A stretch of 33,347 bases of DNA from IMG/VR virus record IMGVR_UViG_3300010362_000063, positions 1 to 33,347 of that record; one strand, given 5' to 3'. The notes beneath the pieces are model-generated. The model searched no databases. It saw nothing but the letters and a program-made list of their open reading frames with translations, and had not been told where the DNA came from. Made by a program: the position numbers and the translations under genes. Below, piece after piece: positions 31,711 through 33,347 of the stretch; the stretch's first letter is position 1; the number at the start of each line of letters is the position of its first letter. This DNA comes from a virus (Duplodnaviria; Caudoviricetes).

Positions 31711-31858
31711 CTCGGTAGCGGCGTCCGGCTGGCGGCGCTAACCTCCCTGCCGAGGCGCCGCTCGGAGCGGCGCCGGGCAACCCGCTCGAGGCGGGCCGAT
31801 GATTCGGGCGCTCGGGGCGCCGGTCGGACATATCGATCCGACCGAGAGGAGCCCCGCA

Positions 31859-32725
31859 ATGGCAACTGACTACGACGCGCTGACCACGCGCGAGGTGACC
31901 GAGTTCTTCGCGGCGATCAGGACGCAGTCGGTCGTGCTCCGGCTCGCCAACGTGCAGCGGATGAGCGCCGGCCAGGAGTCGCTGCCGGTCGTCTCGTTCC
32001 TGCCCGTGGCCGGCTTCACGAACGCCCGCTTCGGCGGCCGCAAGCCGGCGACCAAGATCGAATGGTCGGCGGAGGCGGTCGTGCCGCGCGAGATCGCGTG
32101 CACGTTCGCCATCCCCAGGGCGTGGGTCGACGACGCCGGCTTCGACGTCTGGGGGCAGGCGAGGCCGCTGGCCGCCGACGCGATCGCGCGCGTCCTCGAC
32201 GCCGCGGCCCTGTTCGGCACGAACGCACCCCCGGAGTTCCCGCCGAACGGCGTCGCCGGCGCCGGCGTCCCGCTCGCCGGCACGGACGCGCTCGACGCGA
32301 TCGACAAGGGCATGGCCGCGGTCGAGGCCGGCGGTCTGCTGCCGGACGGGATCGCGTCCGGGACCGCGATCGGGTCGGCGCTGCGGCAGGAGTACCGGGC
32401 GCAGGGGGCGCTGCCCTCCGAGACCCCGGCACCGTCGATCTACGGGCTGCCGGTCGTGACGACCCCGGTCTGGGAGGCCGACGAGGGCGACGCGATCGTC
32501 GCCGACTGGACGAAGCTGCTGGTCGGGATCCGGGAGGACGTCACCTACGACACGTCGGAGGACGCGATCCTGCAGGACCCGGCGGGCGTGATCATCGCCA
32601 ACGCGTTCCAGGAGAACCTGGTCGCCATGCGCGTCTACATGCGCGTGGGCGTGGCGGTCGGCACGCCGGTCAAGCCGGACAACACGCCGGCCGACGCGTT
32701 CGTGGCGGTCGACTGGACACCATGA
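31859..32725 (+). CDS. Major capsid protein (288 aa)
   Basis: SD GAGGAG; QSVVLRLA, KPATKIEW, EIAC..AIP, LDAAALFGT, IYGLPV, DWTKL.VGIREDVT, NAFQENLVAMR. Confidence 0.95.
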   Translation: MATDYDALTTREVTEFFAAIRTQSVVLRLANVQRMSAGQESLPVVSFLPVAGFTNARFGGRKPATKIEWSAEAVVPREIACTFAIPRAWVDDAGFDVWGQARPLAADAIARVLDAAALFGTNAPPEFPPNGVAGAGVPLAGTDALDAIDKGMAAVEAGGLLPDGIASGTAIGSALRQEYRAQGALPSETPAPSIYGLPVVTTPVWEADEGDAIVADWTKLLVGIREDVTYDTSEDAILQDPAGVIIANAFQENLVAMRVYMRVGVAVGTPVKPDNTPADAFVAVDWTP

Positions 32726-32943
32726 CCAGCGAGGCTGACCTCGAGCGGCTGACCCGCGACGAGCTGAACGCCCGCGCGGCCGGGCTCGGCATCGACGCCG
32801 CCGGGCTGCCGAACAAGGCGGCGGTCGTGGCGGCGATCGCCCGGGCCGAGCAGGCCACCGGCGGCGGGCCCGCGTCGAGAACGGCACGGACGGCGGCACG
32901 CGCGCGGCTGCTCCGCATCCGCCGTCGAAGGGGCCGGCTCTGA
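32722..32943 (+). CDS. Rho-N/HeH-like small protein
   Basis: LERLTRDELNARAAGLGI.....NKAAVVAAI; ATGA coupled to the capsid gene. Confidence 0.7.
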   Translation: MTSEADLERLTRDELNARAAGLGIDAAGLPNKAAVVAAIARAEQATGGGPASRTARTAARARLLRIRRRRGRL

Positions 32944-33347
32944 TCGAGTCGGCCCCTCGCGCCCTGCCGCCGCCGGCGATCCCGCCCGAGGACGTCCAGG
33001 CGGTGCTGCCCGGGCTGACCCCGGAGCAGGCGACCCTGGCCGCGCAGCTGGCGACCGTCGCCGTGCAGGCGGCGCTGTGGCCGGCCGCGATCCCGTCGCC
33101 GACGCCGGAGCCGATCTACGCCGTGCTGCTCTCGGCCAGCGTCCGGTTCGGGCAGGCGATCCTGCAGGGCACGACGCTGCCGGTCGTCTCCGAGTCGCTC
33201 GGCTCCTACTCCTACCGGCTCGCCGCGCCGGCGACGCTCGGCGCCGGCTTCGGGCTGACCGAGGCCGAGCTCGAAACGCTCGACCCCTGGATCGCGCGCG
33301 ACTCCGCCTACGACCTCTCCACGGCCGGCCCCCCGGTCGTGTGGCCG
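32940..33347 (+). CDS. Head-tail adaptor (gp15-like), 3' truncated, probable CTG start
   Basis: EDVQAVL...VVSESLGSYSYRL...GLTEAELETLDPW. Confidence 0.75.
   Translation, partial: MIESAPRALPPPAIPPEDVQAVLPGLTPEQATLAAQLATVAVQAALWPAAIPSPTPEPIYAVLLSASVRFGQAILQGTTLPVVSESLGSYSYRLAAPATLGAGFGLTEAELETLDPWIARDSAYDLSTAGPPVVWP

Larger units (their letters stand above)
1..33347. mobile_element. Temperate siphovirus genome, near-complete and in non-integrated (attP) form
   Basis: Complete head, neck, tail, lysis, packaging and integration modules. Phage genes lie on both sides of the att core and no host genes are present. The window ends in the head-tail adaptor and begins just upstream of the head-closure gene. 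Confidence 0.95.

Noticed and set aside
2-33268. Terminal redundancy (CTGACCGAGGCCGA near both ends)
   Set aside because: Only 14 bp, not at the right terminus, and the flanks differ; a coincidental LTEA coding match.

Overview
Nearly complete, circularly permuted genome of a small temperate siphovirus. It is very GC-rich with actinobacterial-type signals, and the Rpf-type gene suggests a Thermoleophilia/Gaiellales-like host (inference). Gene order: neck and tail genes (1-8440); a divergent control region with a leftward small HTH gene and a rightward PAS / NDT-like / HExxH / xis / tyrosine integrase operon (8425-12155); an intact attP whose core matches a tRNA 3' end (12166-12431); early, recombination and methylation genes (Rpf-like transglycosylase, three DNA methyltransferases, RusA, RecT-like protein, many Cys-rich micro-ORFs); HNH, putative cos, TerS and TerL; an accessory block containing a leftward CarD-like operon; portal, gpF-like protein, NlpC/P60 endolysin and holin, scaffold, major capsid and head-tail adaptor (truncated). 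Most genes are coupled by (A/G)TGA overlaps, which reveals many micro-ORFs the ORF track missed. No classical cI repressor, helicase, primase, polymerase or SSB was recognised. Most interesting items: a candidate sensory, repressor-less, integration-dependent switch with a stand-alone PAS protein; a CarD-like protein; a gene split by a ~0.9 kb insert; a 10-bp start-codon tandem repeat; palindromes inside an HTH-Dam fusion; and structured late leaders. All family assignments are from motif recognition by eye, not database searches.
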